61,011 bases of DNA from a virus (Duplodnaviria > Caudoviricetes), in IMG/VR virus record IMGVR_UViG_3300007538_000027, positions 1 through 61,011 of that record, one strand, 5' to 3'. Of this stretch, positions 36,548 to 46,725 are shown in pieces. Both the position numbers and the translations under genes were made by a program. The notes beneath the pieces were generated by a model. The model worked only from the letters and a program-made list of their open reading frames with translations. It did no database searches and had not been told where the DNA came from. Numbering within the stretch: position 1 is the first letter of the stretch; each line of letters opens with the position of its first letter.

Positions 36548-38149
36548 TCACCCCCTCCATTTTTTACATCTCTTTAAGGTAATCATAGTACGTTTACCAT
36601 TAGGGTATGTAACTACGTGACTGTGGCTCCAAGATGAACCACCAACAGCATTATATCCCATATTAAGTTTACCAGACACACCTGCTACCCACACGCCATC
36701 CAATATGTTTGCTGAGTGCTGATGTCCTATAGTCACCTTACAACCCCAAGCTCGGAATGTAGCAGTACTTGGTCTTGAGCCGTTATTTCCTTCTGAACCG
36801 TGACTCTCCTTACTAATACCAGCAACTTTGTATGGACTACTTCCATCTATAAACTCTACGTCATCCAAACCATCCACATACTTCTTCATTGCATACTCTA
36901 ACACACAAAAATCTTTATTCAAGCGTATATTTTGATAAGTTTTCAGTTGCATCTCTAAGAAGAATTCTGCATTAACAGGGTCATTACGATAATCCTCTTT
37001 ACGTAAGTATTGTTGCAATGCTAGGTCATGATTACTTTGTACCACAACAGTCTTTATATTGGGACGTAACATAGTCTTCATAAGGTTACCTGACGCAATT
37101 ACTTCATCCAACACACTCTCCGTCCCTTGCACATGCATCTTAAATTTGAAGTAAGGATCATTTATATTATGATGATTACGATTTTTCATGTCAAAGAAAT
37201 CATTCAAAAATTGAACGGAGGGTTTTAATACATCAATTATACCACCCTCCCCCCATGAAGTTTTTGCAACATCATCATCTATTTTAGCTGCATGTATATC
37301 CCCCCAGTTTATACCTGCAACGCAATGCCCCCCAGTAACACCATCTTTGGTGTAGTATTCCACTCCGTTTGCAACATCATAGAAATTACCAGTAATCTTT
37401 TCTCCGCTTAACTGCCTAACAAACCAATCACCTTCATCATCAATCTCAACTACCAACGCTGAGAAACTATGATGATGTTCTGCCAACTGCCCTGCTTTTT
37501 GTGGACGATATTGTCTTTGTGTTACAGTCCCTGTGGTGTACATAAACCTAGCTCCTGTATGTAACGGTGCTGGTAGGCTTAACATTTGTAACTTAGCATG
37601 TGGAATTATACAACTCTCTTGGTTTACGTAATTCTGCATACCACTCATAGGGTTTTTTGCAGTAGGTAAGATATTCAACTCACCACTCCACACTAAACCT
37701 TTAGCAATTTGACAACTCTGATCAACAATATAATCACGTATCTTTGGGTCAAACCAAGTATCGTCTGTAGTACCTGATTGGAAACCTTTCTTATTGTAGA
37801 TATAAGTACCTATCATTAATTCCGCATTATTGTGTTTGCAATAAACCTCTAATGCCTTAAGGAATCCATCGTGGACGTAGGTATTGTTCTGTGCTGATGT
37901 AAATACAAAACGTTTACCTTGTAATTTCCTACGTGATTCTTCTGGGCGTTTAATATAACCACCTGCAGTGGGTTTGTCCTCCTCCTTCTCCCAGAATTCA
38001 GTGTATGTTTCCTTTCTCAATAAGTCTCCAATAGTAGACTTACCAACTCCATAAATCTCAGCAATCTTACGACTTGATAAACCATCTTGTGATGTAAGTC
38101 GTTTGATTTCTATGATGTCATCATTACTAAATATACGTTTATTACTCAA
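36548..38149 (-). CDS. metallophosphoesterase with N-terminal HTH
   Basis: SSRKIAEIYGVGKSTI HTH; GDIH, DFFD, SNHD, HG, GHQH calcineurin-like motifs. Confidence 0.8.
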   Translation of the reverse strand: MSNKRIFSNDDIIEIKRLTSQDGLSSRKIAEIYGVGKSTIGDLLRKETYTEFWEKEEDKPTAGGYIKRPEESRRKLQGKRFVFTSAQNNTYVHDGFLKALEVYCKHNNAELMIGTYIYNKKGFQSGTTDDTWFDPKIRDYIVDQSCQIAKGLVWSGELNILPTAKNPMSGMQNYVNQESCIIPHAKLQMLSLPAPLHTGARFMYTTGTVTQRQYRPQKAGQLAEHHHSFSALVVEIDDEGDWFVRQLSGEKITGNFYDVANGVEYYTKDGVTGGHCVAGINWGDIHAAKIDDDVAKTSWGEGGIIDVLKPSVQFLNDFFDMKNRNHHNINDPYFKFKMHVQGTESVLDEVIASGNLMKTMLRPNIKTVVVQSNHDLALQQYLRKEDYRNDPVNAEFFLEMQLKTYQNIRLNKDFCVLEYAMKKYVDGLDDVEFIDGSSPYKVAGISKESHGSEGNNGSRPSTATFRAWGCKVTIGHQHSANILDGVWVAGVSGKLNMGYNAVGGSSWSHSHVVTYPNGKRTMITLKRCKKWRG

Positions 38150-38325
38150 GTATCTTCTCCTCTAGGTATTTACTATGAATTCTTAGTATTCTTAACAATC
38201 CAATCACCTGCAGCGGTGACAGTCTTAGTAAATTTAACAATATTATTTGCCATATCCACAATAACAATCATTCCAAATTGGTTACGTTGTGGTAATACTC
38301 GATATTGTGTTAACATATTATCTCC

Positions 38326-38901
38326 TTACACTGTTAATAATTTCCTGTACGCTATCCTACGAAGATCAGTATTACTTAACTCTTTAGGAGGGAACCCTGC
38401 CTTCTTTAGTTCAGCTTTCTGTTTGGCTACTGGTTGTTTTAATTTAGCAATCACAGCCTTCTCTGCTTTAGCTTCCCCAAGAGATACCCCGTAACGTTGA
38501 GAGTATGTTAGTTGTGCGTGGCACTCTATACATAAGCATTCAAGTTCGGCGGCACTCACACCAAGAATACTTTTTGCGAATGGTACTACATCATCAAAAC
38601 TTAATAGTGGATTCTCTCCCTTTTTATGGTTGATTTCAATGTCAGATAATTTCTTAGGTAACCTACACATCTCGCAGTCAACAAGCCATTTAGTACGTGT
38701 ATTAGGATTAATGTCAGGGTATGTGTGTTCATAGAGGTATGCAAGCTTGACTGGGTGCTTCATCCAACTTAGACGCACAGCAGACCTAATCTGAGTACAT
38801 AACTTCTTCTCACTCAACCTACCATCTTCATCCAGTACTTTTAGAAACCCTTCTAACTTCTTCTTTCGTTTTAATATCTCAGCCTTAGTAGCAACAACCA
38901 T
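38326..38901 (-). CDS. HNH/zinc-binding endonuclease
   Basis: CEMC...EINH...LECLCIECH. Confidence 0.7.
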   Translation of the reverse strand: MVVATKAEILKRKKKLEGFLKVLDEDGRLSEKKLCTQIRSAVRLSWMKHPVKLAYLYEHTYPDINPNTRTKWLVDCEMCRLPKKLSDIEINHKKGENPLLSFDDVVPFAKSILGVSAAELECLCIECHAQLTYSQRYGVSLGEAKAEKAVIAKLKQPVAKQKAELKKAGFPPKELSNTDLRRIAYRKLLTV

Positions 38902-39198
38902 CTAACCTCCAAAACTCACATGTATAAAACTGAATACCCACAAAATAAACTCAATCACACTCCAACCTACTACACCTAAAACTACAGCTAGAAATAGTAA
39001 CATACTTGTTGTGATTACAGGAGCATAACCTTTCTGCTTACTTCCAAAACTCATATTTTACCTCCACTAGTCAGGACTTCTACCACAACCCTTGCATTGC
39101 CAATACCCACAAGAACACCCACCATCTGGGTATGGTTCACTTCCTTCAGGTATTCCCCAAAACCATCATCTAATTCATCGTCTTCCTGTGTAGTATAC

Positions 39199-39522
39199 TC
39201 ATCCTCGTTTCCAAAACTCATACCATTTCTCCTCTAGTTTAGTATTCTTAATAGTAACCCAACCTTCCTCTTGACACTTCCAGCATGGTTCAAACATTCC
39301 ATTACAAAACACAGCGTGTTCTATCTTACATACGCTGCATGGCATATTATGTGTTGCCAGCATACCACTGTCATGCATATACACTTCTACTTGTGGCAAG
39401 TCCTTACATAAATCCTCTGCTTCTTCATAAGGAATAAAACCATCACCATTTGTATAGTATGCAGTGTAATTAGCTTTCTCGTAACAAACAGATTCTGGAT
39501 ATTTTAGTTTAGTAGTCATCAT
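39199..39522 (-). CDS. zinc-binding hypothetical protein
   Basis: HNMPCSVC...PCWKC. Confidence 0.65.
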   Translation of the reverse strand: MMTTKLKYPESVCYEKANYTAYYTNGDGFIPYEEAEDLCKDLPQVEVYMHDSGMLATHNMPCSVCKIEHAVFCNGMFEPCWKCQEEGWVTIKNTKLEEKWYEFWKRG

Positions 39523-39799
39523 CTACTGTTACTTCTTTGTCCAGAGGAAATAAGAATGTTGTCCAGTAACCCTGTTGAGTGTCTAAGTTAACCACTAAAT
39601 AACCTCCCCATTCAGTTTTATCTTCTGTTTGGTAACCACCGTAAGTATTACCATCTTCATTGTGCAAATCTTCAATTGAGTTATCTGTATTCCATTTGAA
39701 GTCTTTATCATCACGACACCACATACAATCTACAACTTCCATCATAGTTGCAATTTCAATTTCATCTAGAATTTGTTTTAACTGTGTAATTTTATCCAT
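39509..39799 (-). CDS. acidic hypothetical protein
   Basis: AGGAGGA SD. Confidence 0.65.
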   Translation of the reverse strand: MDKITQLKQILDEIEIATMMEVVDCMWCRDDKDFKWNTDNSIEDLHNEDGNTYGGYQTEDKTEWGGYLVVNLDTQQGYWTTFLFPLDKEVTVDDDY

Positions 39800-39866
39800 T
39801 CACATCCTCCTGTGTAACATACTACACTTTATCAATAATTAAGTTTAAATAACACACAATAGTGTA

Positions 39867-40151
39867 TCAAACTACACCTAACAACTCATCCTTTTTAGAT
39901 GTCCATATACGTAACCCTTCCTTGTCTCTCACAGATAATTGATCCATTTCCTCTAGCAACCTAACAAATTCAATGTTACGTTTAACTGCATCCGAGTTCA
40001 AAGCTTCTGTCACCAACTCCTTAATAGCAGCACTCTCATATGCCTCAGTAAGAGTTGGGTGTTGTTTAACATATTCTTTCAGTTGGAACACTGTATTTTT
40101 AGGTAGCCCAACTTTAAACCATTTATATATTTCTTTTCTAGGTGGTGCCAA
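39867..40151 (-). CDS. hypothetical protein
   Basis: AGGAGG SD, TTG start. Confidence 0.6.
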   Translation of the reverse strand: MAPPRKEIYKWFKVGLPKNTVFQLKEYVKQHPTLTEAYESAAIKELVTEALNSDAVKRNIEFVRLLEEMDQLSVRDKEGLRIWTSKKDELLGVV

Positions 40152-40168
40152 GTTAATACCCTCCTATA

Positions 40169-40594
40169 CTAAATTAACTTTGTAGTCCAAGTAGGCTTTA
40201 GATTGATTACTTCATAGTTAATACCAAAGTATATAAAACCATCTTCTTTCTCTACTAGGTAAAAACTTTCACTGGCAGTGTCTCCTAATGAGTATGAATA
40301 TACCTTCAACCACTCAAAACTCTTTAACTCTTTTAGTGCACTAATATCTGGATTAGTCTTAATAGACTCATGTAAATATCTCATAAAAAGATTCCCAACA
40401 AAGTGTTCAGTATGACTAGTTATATTATTACTACTACAGTAACTTTCCAGTTTACATTTAAACCTATCAGGTACCTTTACTTCAGCATTTGTTATCACCC
40501 CGTCTGATACTTCCCCATCAGAGTATATAACTCTCTCTGTCAACTCAAAATCTGCAAGTCCAAGTAATGCAGTGTAATCTTTAACCACCTTCAT
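40169..40594 (-). CDS. hypothetical protein
   Basis: promoter TTGACA-16-TAAAAT upstream. Confidence 0.65.
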   Translation of the reverse strand: MKVVKDYTALLGLADFELTERVIYSDGEVSDGVITNAEVKVPDRFKCKLESYCSSNNITSHTEHFVGNLFMRYLHESIKTNPDISALKELKSFEWLKVYSYSLGDTASESFYLVEKEDGFIYFGINYEVINLKPTWTTKLI

Positions 40595-40679
40595 ATAGTA
40601 ATCCCCTATTTAATCAGCTATGTTTTAGTTATCCATACTAAATTTTAGCATAGCTGATTGTGGTGTCAAGGTTTATTTC

Positions 40680-42092
40680 TTACTTGTGTAATAGGCTTAA
40701 GTTACCTTTAAGTTCATCTAGTGTCTTACTTACTTCATCCAACCGTTCTACTAGTAAAGGTTTTGTTAAACTTTTATATCCAATCATTAATTGTTGTAAG
40801 CTGTCTAATGTAACATTACATGTCTCTAACTTCCCAGCTAAATCTGAGGTATCAACCTCAACCTCACCATAGGAAATCTCACTATTATAATCAATACCAA
40901 TATTAGTTAGATATTCTCTAATCTGAGGTACTACGTCTGGGTAATCCTGCATCTTAACTAACGAATAGCACTGTTGTAAATAATCTAACCAAGTCCACTT
41001 TAGATCTTCCCCTTGTATACTTTTGAACTTATATACTTTGGTATAACCGTAATATTGTTGATAACAGAACACTACACGTTTCCACAATTCTTGATGTGTT
41101 GGAGAATCTTCTAATAATTTCTCTGCTGTCTGTTTACTGGCACCAGTACGTTTACTTAAACCAAATACCTCTTTCACAGAATCTGGTAGTGATGGTAGTC
41201 CTGTTATAAAATCTGTACTATCCCCAGAAATAGTCTGAGATGCTAGTGTTAATTCACACTCAAATTTGGTAGGATATCTCCACCCTCTATCATAATCGTC
41301 ATAACAGAAGCTCGGCGCATATACCATTGAAACGTCTTTATCAATATATGCTATGCAAATCTCCCACTTACTGAAATCATCCCCAACTCTGGCATACTCT
41401 TGATTAGCTTTATGTTGTAATAAATCTTCAGCCTCACAGTAAACAGATTGTAGTACCTTCTTACCATATTGAGCCATCATTGCATCACGAAGTTCTTCGA
41501 AGTAAATAGGCTTGCCATCTCGATTTCCTTTATACTTAACATCTTTAGATTCTTCATCACGGTAGTTTCCTTTACCAGCACCAATGCAGAGGACATAATC
41601 TTCAGCGTCCATAAACTTCTTTATTGCACCAATACTAAAACCCATAGTATCCATAGAGGACTTAAGGGCTGCTTCAAAACTATCATGCCTCTTAGCTAAC
41701 CTAGATTTAGCTTCTATTTCAAAATCTTCTAACATGAAAGGAGATAACCCTTTTTCCTGTCTATCAAAGTTAGTCCATGCCAACCACTTAATATATACGC
41801 CATCTTTATCTACTCTTAGTGTTTCACCTTCTTTAATTTCAATAATTTTATCCCCTCGTATACCAAAGGAAGTTTTATTCTTAAACTCTTTTACCCTACC
41901 AGATTGAATATGTTTTACCTCAATATAATCATCCTGCATGAACTTAGCACAACGGAAAAGAATTGTATCATGATCTACATAACACTTCTTAAATCGTTTA
42001 GGTTTATCATCAACTGTAGTCTTGTCAGCTTCGTTGTAATCAAAGTCGTCTTGCCCAGCATTACCTGTATCTACACTAAATTTAAATGTCAT
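40680..42092 (-). CDS. 5'-3' exonuclease (T7 gp6 / flap endonuclease-like)
   Basis: VDHD, NYR, YKGNR, EAED, DKD, GDSTDFITG motifs. Confidence 0.85.
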   Translation of the reverse strand: MTFKFSVDTGNAGQDDFDYNEADKTTVDDKPKRFKKCYVDHDTILFRCAKFMQDDYIEVKHIQSGRVKEFKNKTSFGIRGDKIIEIKEGETLRVDKDGVYIKWLAWTNFDRQEKGLSPFMLEDFEIEAKSRLAKRHDSFEAALKSSMDTMGFSIGAIKKFMDAEDYVLCIGAGKGNYRDEESKDVKYKGNRDGKPIYFEELRDAMMAQYGKKVLQSVYCEAEDLLQHKANQEYARVGDDFSKWEICIAYIDKDVSMVYAPSFCYDDYDRGWRYPTKFECELTLASQTISGDSTDFITGLPSLPDSVKEVFGLSKRTGASKQTAEKLLEDSPTHQELWKRVVFCYQQYYGYTKVYKFKSIQGEDLKWTWLDYLQQCYSLVKMQDYPDVVPQIREYLTNIGIDYNSEISYGEVEVDTSDLAGKLETCNVTLDSLQQLMIGYKSLTKPLLVERLDEVSKTLDELKGNLSLLHK

Positions 42093-42094
42093 AC

Positions 42095-42469
42095 CTACTC
42101 CTCTACAAAATCAATAAAGTAATTCTGCCCTTGTTTTACTTGACAGAACTCTGCATAAAAGTACCCGTCTTTAATTTTCATAGCACCACTAGCTAATGCT
42201 TTCAGCAAAGTATCTACTGACTTGAGCGACAGTTTATACGTGAAACCATCTTCATCCTCGAATATAAGATTAGCAGCAGACCTACCTCTTACAGTACCCT
42301 TCGGTTTAACAGTTAACCACTTTGTAGTGTGCTGGTCTTGTACAACACCCTTGGTGCTATAATACGACAAGCTATTTACATCACCTTCATAACCTGTAAA
42401 CCACTTATTTTCTTTCTCTGTGAAGATTGCTTGGTATTTACGTTTAGTTATACTAATTCTACTGGTCAC
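42095..42469 (-). CDS. hypothetical protein
   Basis: RGRSAAN motif; operon. Confidence 0.65.
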   Translation of the reverse strand: MTSRISITKRKYQAIFTEKENKWFTGYEGDVNSLSYYSTKGVVQDQHTTKWLTVKPKGTVRGRSAANLIFEDEDGFTYKLSLKSVDTLLKALASGAMKIKDGYFYAEFCQVKQGQNYFIDFVEE

Positions 42470-42610
42470 AGTTCTTCTCCCTTAAAATATTCTTGTAGTA
42501 ACAATGACAGTTCATCAGATGAACCACCTCTACCTTTGGTCTCAAAACATACCATATTAAGGAAGTTCTGAATTAATTGCTTATGTTCTTTGTTTGTCAT
42601 GTATTACCTA

Positions 42611-42814
42611 CTATAAATAGTCCTCTAATATTGTGAGTAATTCTTCTTTATCTACGGCTAATTCCCCGTCATAACATCCTGCATCCAAGAACCCTTCTTC
42701 CCATAAAGCCTCAAATAAGCCTTCCCAGTATTCTGCTTTAGCTTTATACAGATCCTCTTTACTGCTATACATACTCATAGTAAATTGCTTACTCATAATC
42801 ATCTCCAACAACAT
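42611..42814 (-). CDS. hypothetical protein
   Basis: operon context. Confidence 0.55.
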   Translation of the reverse strand: MLLEMIMSKQFTMSMYSSKEDLYKAKAEYWEGLFEALWEEGFLDAGCYDGELAVDKEELLTILEDYL

Positions 42815-42983
42815 CTTTAATATTCTGCTTCAGCTCACCTCTATACTTCCACATAGCAGCGTTACCTAAACCTAATCCATATAACCATTCTACTAGTTCA
42901 TACTTCTTCTTAAGTTGGTTTAGTTCATCACAGTGATCTTCAATAATTTGTTTTGTCATTATCCCTCCAAATAACAAGCACAC
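42789..42983 (-). CDS. hypothetical protein
   Basis: operon context. Confidence 0.55.
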   Translation of the reverse strand: MCLLFGGIMTKQIIEDHCDELNQLKKKYELVEWLYGLGLGNAAMWKYRGELKQNIKDVVGDDYE

Positions 42984-43020
42984 ATAACTCCTTCAAATCA
43001 TGTGTGCGTCTATATTATAA

Positions 43021-43878
43021 TTAATCTTCTTCTACAACTAAACCACCAAACTCTTCAATCAAGTCATCTACTAATTTAATAACTTCTTGTACTTGTAAGA
43101 TTACACTACCAACTTCATCCTCTTTCTCCAAGTTTGCCACTAAATCCTTGGAGAATTTAATACCTGAAATTGAGAAGTCATCCTTGAGTGTAAATAATGT
43201 GAATGAATTATATTCTAATTGTAAACTTGTCACTGTAGCACCATTAGCTACCAAGTCTACAGCTTCACTACCATAAACACTTCCACTAGTCTGAGCTACT
43301 TTCAACTCATCTGGTGTCACTAAGCTCACTTTGTCTGCTAATACAAACTTGTCAGTGTTTAACTCATCCTTAACCATAGTTGTAAGCTTACTGGTGACAT
43401 TCTCAGACACTTCTACAACTTGTACAGGTAATGAACCCAAGATTGCACGAAGATTCGCTAGAATGAGTTCTGCTTGATTATAGCTACCTTCTACATACAC
43501 TTTAGTCTTAGTAATAATAACTACAGCATGTTGTTCCTTACCTGCAGTGGTTGTAGGTAGTAAACTCTCAGTCACCTCGGCTTCCATAGTCTTTAATTCA
43601 GACTTGTTAGGTTTAGTGTCATATTCTTGCATATAATTATCTACAACCACTTTAAGTTGACGTTCAACTTCGGCTTTGTTTACTTTCTTACTTTGAGTGG
43701 TGAATCGTAATACATCTACACCACCAGATAATTCCATAATGTAGCCACCTTCAAGGGTTGGTGACCAACCTGAACGTGACGCATCAAATGTCCCACACTC
43801 AACAAACTTGTGATCCTCTAATTGTTGTGCTGTGAATACTAATGGTGTTGCTAATGTATATGTTACTAATGACTTCAT
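43021..43878 (-). CDS. rdgC: recombination-associated protein RdgC
   Basis: F..C......SGW.P; LLP; LRAILGSLPV; F.L.DD.SI.GIKF; C-terminal LIEEFGG. Confidence 0.85.
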   Translation of the reverse strand: MKSLVTYTLATPLVFTAQQLEDHKFVECGTFDASRSGWSPTLEGGYIMELSGGVDVLRFTTQSKKVNKAEVERQLKVVVDNYMQEYDTKPNKSELKTMEAEVTESLLPTTTAGKEQHAVVIITKTKVYVEGSYNQAELILANLRAILGSLPVQVVEVSENVTSKLTTMVKDELNTDKFVLADKVSLVTPDELKVAQTSGSVYGSEAVDLVANGATVTSLQLEYNSFTLFTLKDDFSISGIKFSKDLVANLEKEDEVGSVILQVQEVIKLVDDLIEEFGGLVVEED

Positions 43879-43893
43879 ATTTGTATTTCTCCT

Positions 43894-44142
43894 TTATTTT
43901 AATTTAATTATGATACTAGCTTCTACTATAAGGTCGCTCACACCGTATTCATACTCACATTCCTCGCAGTAATCTTGTATTGCAACCTCTCCATATTCTA
44001 TGTACTGCTCCTCTAAATCCAGTTCATCTACATGGTGGCAGTTAGGACATTCAATACTAATAATACCATTGGCATACAACCTCTTGATTTCACTTACTTC
44101 AATACTGTAAGGTGTATCTAATCCTTTTATAATTGGCTTCAT
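43894..44142 (-). CDS. zinc-ribbon protein
   Basis: CPNC...CEEC. Confidence 0.65.
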   Translation of the reverse strand: MKPIIKGLDTPYSIEVSEIKRLYANGIISIECPNCHHVDELDLEEQYIEYGEVAIQDYCEECEYEYGVSDLIVEASIIIKLK

Positions 44143-44151
44143 TTTAAACCC

Positions 44152-44853
44152 CTAATAAACAAACTGTGATAATCCACCTAAATCTTCTACTGATAGGAAG
44201 AAGTTTGGTGCTTTAACAATCTTACCTTTTGGAAAGTAAGTACCTTCTTCTAAATCTTTGTGTGCACGAAGGATGATACACTCACCATTAACCTCGCTAA
44301 ACAAATCAGCATATCTACCTTTACTCTCAATAGCAATTAACTCTTTCTCAACCTTGTCAGAATGTGCAACTGGAATAGATTTACTATAATTTGACTTTAA
44401 CACTAAATCAAACCCGCCACGAATATCAAAGTTTAGTTGTTCACGAATGATTAAGTCAATTAGATTAACTTTATAACCATTTAGATATTCAATCTCTAGC
44501 GCTTCCACAATTTCCTCGATTGTAGTATTAATATTAGTTGTGACAAAATTACTAGTACCTTCTCTATCAATTAGCTGGTTAAGCCAAAGTTCTTCACCAG
44601 TAAAACCATCATCACCTAGAGCCATCCACATAAACCCAGTGAAGATGCTATCGACTAATCCGTCTAGACGTCCTTCCATATCACTTTTATTATAACTATC
44701 TAAGTATTCTCCTTCCCCATTAAATTCTTCCTTGGAGAGGTTGATATATGTATTGATTAAACTCTTATCACTTACTAGGTTATCAAAATTTTCATTCCAT
44801 TTAATTACTTCTTCTTGGAAGTATAACAGATCTTCTACAGTTAACTTTTTCAA
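44152..44853 (-). CDS. MazG/PRA-PH-like nucleoside triphosphate pyrophosphohydrolase
   Basis: L.KEE..E, LDGLVD, V..SN.SK, GKIVK motifs. Confidence 0.7.
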   Translation of the reverse strand: MKKLTVEDLLYFQEEVIKWNENFDNLVSDKSLINTYINLSKEEFNGEGEYLDSYNKSDMEGRLDGLVDSIFTGFMWMALGDDGFTGEELWLNQLIDREGTSNFVTTNINTTIEEIVEALEIEYLNGYKVNLIDLIIREQLNFDIRGGFDLVLKSNYSKSIPVAHSDKVEKELIAIESKGRYADLFSEVNGECIILRAHKDLEEGTYFPKGKIVKAPNFFLSVEDLGGLSQFVY

Positions 44854-44856
44854 ATA

Positions 44857-45330
44857 TTACTCCTTAATTTTAATCTGATGATTTGTGCAAAGTAGTTTAT
44901 TCTGCTTCTTTGAGTATTGCAAGTGTGTTGTTATAACTAACTTAGAGTCAATTGCACTTTGTAATTCTTCAACATTAAATTTTAATTTCTCTGCAATTTT
45001 TGGTAGTACTGGTTCTCCATGCCAAGGAAAATCATCAACCTCTACTATGAAATTAGAATTGTACCAAAGTTGTATCTTACTCAAAGAAATATAACACATA
45101 CCTCTTGAAATACCATTATTTACATTGAAAGATGACCAGCCAGCAATATATTTACCGAAGGTATTGTTCCATTCATAACCTAATTGTTGTGCAAACAAAT
45201 CCAAACTTGTCTTCTGCAACTTAGTAGTATCTTTCAATTCAAGTTTTGTGTCGGTAGAACGGAAGTATTTAATTGGCATTAGTTTTCTCCTTGTCACATG
45301 ATTCCAGTTTAGCATCAAACATTTCACCAA
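44857..45330 (-). CDS. hypothetical protein (likely start MPIKYF)
   Basis: AAGGAG SD before internal ATG. Confidence 0.6.
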   Translation of the reverse strand: MVKCLMLNWNHVTRRKLMPIKYFRSTDTKLELKDTTKLQKTSLDLFAQQLGYEWNNTFGKYIAGWSSFNVNNGISRGMCYISLSKIQLWYNSNFIVEVDDFPWHGEPVLPKIAEKLKFNVEELQSAIDSKLVITTHLQYSKKQNKLLCTNHQIKIKE

Positions 45331-45775
45331 CTAACTGACTAATGGATTCGTTTCTATAGGCAGCAGTTGCTATCTTACTAGACCATTCTTCAATGAATAA
45401 TTCACGCTCAGACTTTTGTCTAACTCGATAAATCACTGTAGAATCCCAAATCACATTCTTAGTGGGTTCAAAATCTTCCATTAGTCCATAATAAAACTCG
45501 ATACAATCTTTATCCTTAACCCAACTATTGAATAGTAAACCGCGCTGCTCATCAGACAAGTCTCGTAGTACTTTAGTGTTGTTGTACACCGACCAATCAA
45601 CCTCAATGATTAACTCAAAATTACCAACTGACCAATCAAAATTAGAGTCGGAGTTTACATTGATATATCGATCGTAAACAGATGTTACGACACCAAAATC
45701 TTTTCCATACCGATCAATAAAAGACTCTGGGTTAGAAACACGCCTAACCTTATCTCCCACTTTAAATTTACCCAT
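45269..45775 (-). CDS. hypothetical protein
   Basis: FKVGDKVR N-terminus; domain shared with 35346..35828. Confidence 0.7.
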   Translation of the reverse strand: MGKFKVGDKVRRVSNPESFIDRYGKDFGVVTSVYDRYINVNSDSNFDWSVGNFELIIEVDWSVYNNTKVLRDLSDEQRGLLFNSWVKDKDCIEFYYGLMEDFEPTKNVIWDSTVIYRVRQKSERELFIEEWSSKIATAAYRNESISQLVGEMFDAKLESCDKEKTNAN

Positions 45776-45780
45776 ACAAA

Positions 45781-46446
45781 TTACTCCTTAATAAATAATT
45801 TAATCGCTTCGGTTGAATCATACCCTTTGTGCGCATTCTTGTAAATGTATTCTTCTAGGTTAAGTAAGTTACCCCAGTTATCCTTGCGGAAGTTTGGATT
45901 ATCCTCTACTTTACCATACATGTCAAATAATTTATCTGCTACACGTTTGAGTAGTCTACGAGTGATTGAACGAGAATGCCCGACACGTTTTTTGCGGGTC
46001 TTAAATTTATACTCGTACAACTTCTCATCTGGATCAATCACATTAACCCATGCTGCCACTAACTCAACACGCTTCTTACGAGGATATTCATAAGTGTTAG
46101 AGATGTATGCATGTAAGTAGTCACACTCGTATGCAATCTCCTTGTTCCATACAGTAGATAATTTACCATACTTTGTCAATAAGTAATTTGCAATTTCTAG
46201 TAATTCATCTCGATATCCTACATTGCAGCTAAGTATCAACTCACGATCACATACTCCCATCCATGCTGCAAGATTAGCGTCATTCTTACATTGTGATAAA
46301 TACCAACGCACAGATGAACGTGATAACATCCCACGGTGTAATGGTGGTTTATGCATCTCATGGCGACTTTTAACTTGGTATCTAACATCCTTGATTAAAT
46401 TTAAAAAGTCATGATCTTTCTTGGTAGGTAATTTACGAGGTGCCAT
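45781..46446 (-). CDS. basic hypothetical protein
   Basis: AGGAG SD. Confidence 0.7.
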   Translation of the reverse strand: MAPRKLPTKKDHDFLNLIKDVRYQVKSRHEMHKPPLHRGMLSRSSVRWYLSQCKNDANLAAWMGVCDRELILSCNVGYRDELLEIANYLLTKYGKLSTVWNKEIAYECDYLHAYISNTYEYPRKKRVELVAAWVNVIDPDEKLYEYKFKTRKKRVGHSRSITRRLLKRVADKLFDMYGKVEDNPNFRKDNWGNLLNLEEYIYKNAHKGYDSTEAIKLFIKE

Positions 46447-46447
46447 A

Positions 46448-46693
46448 TTATTCTCCTATTTTAGTATAATTTGGTTGCAAAGTATTTATAACCTCGTAGA
46501 CTCCAGATTTATCTATAACCTCACCATTGTTACATTTAACAGTTATGTCATTATTAGACCATAAATCTATCTTCCTCACACCACCGTGAATACTACAAGC
46601 CTTCTGTGACGCCACAATTGACACTTCATCTATTGTTTGATACATACAGCCACTTAACGGTAGTACCAGTAATAACATCAATAATTTCTTCAT
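46448..46693 (-). CDS. lipoprotein
   Basis: MKKLLMLLLVLPLSGC lipobox. Confidence 0.75.
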   Translation of the reverse strand: MKKLLMLLLVLPLSGCMYQTIDEVSIVASQKACSIHGGVRKIDLWSNNDITVKCNNGEVIDKSGVYEVINTLQPNYTKIGE

Positions 46694-46725
46694 ACTTACT
46701 CCTTATTAATTATAATTTTTATACT

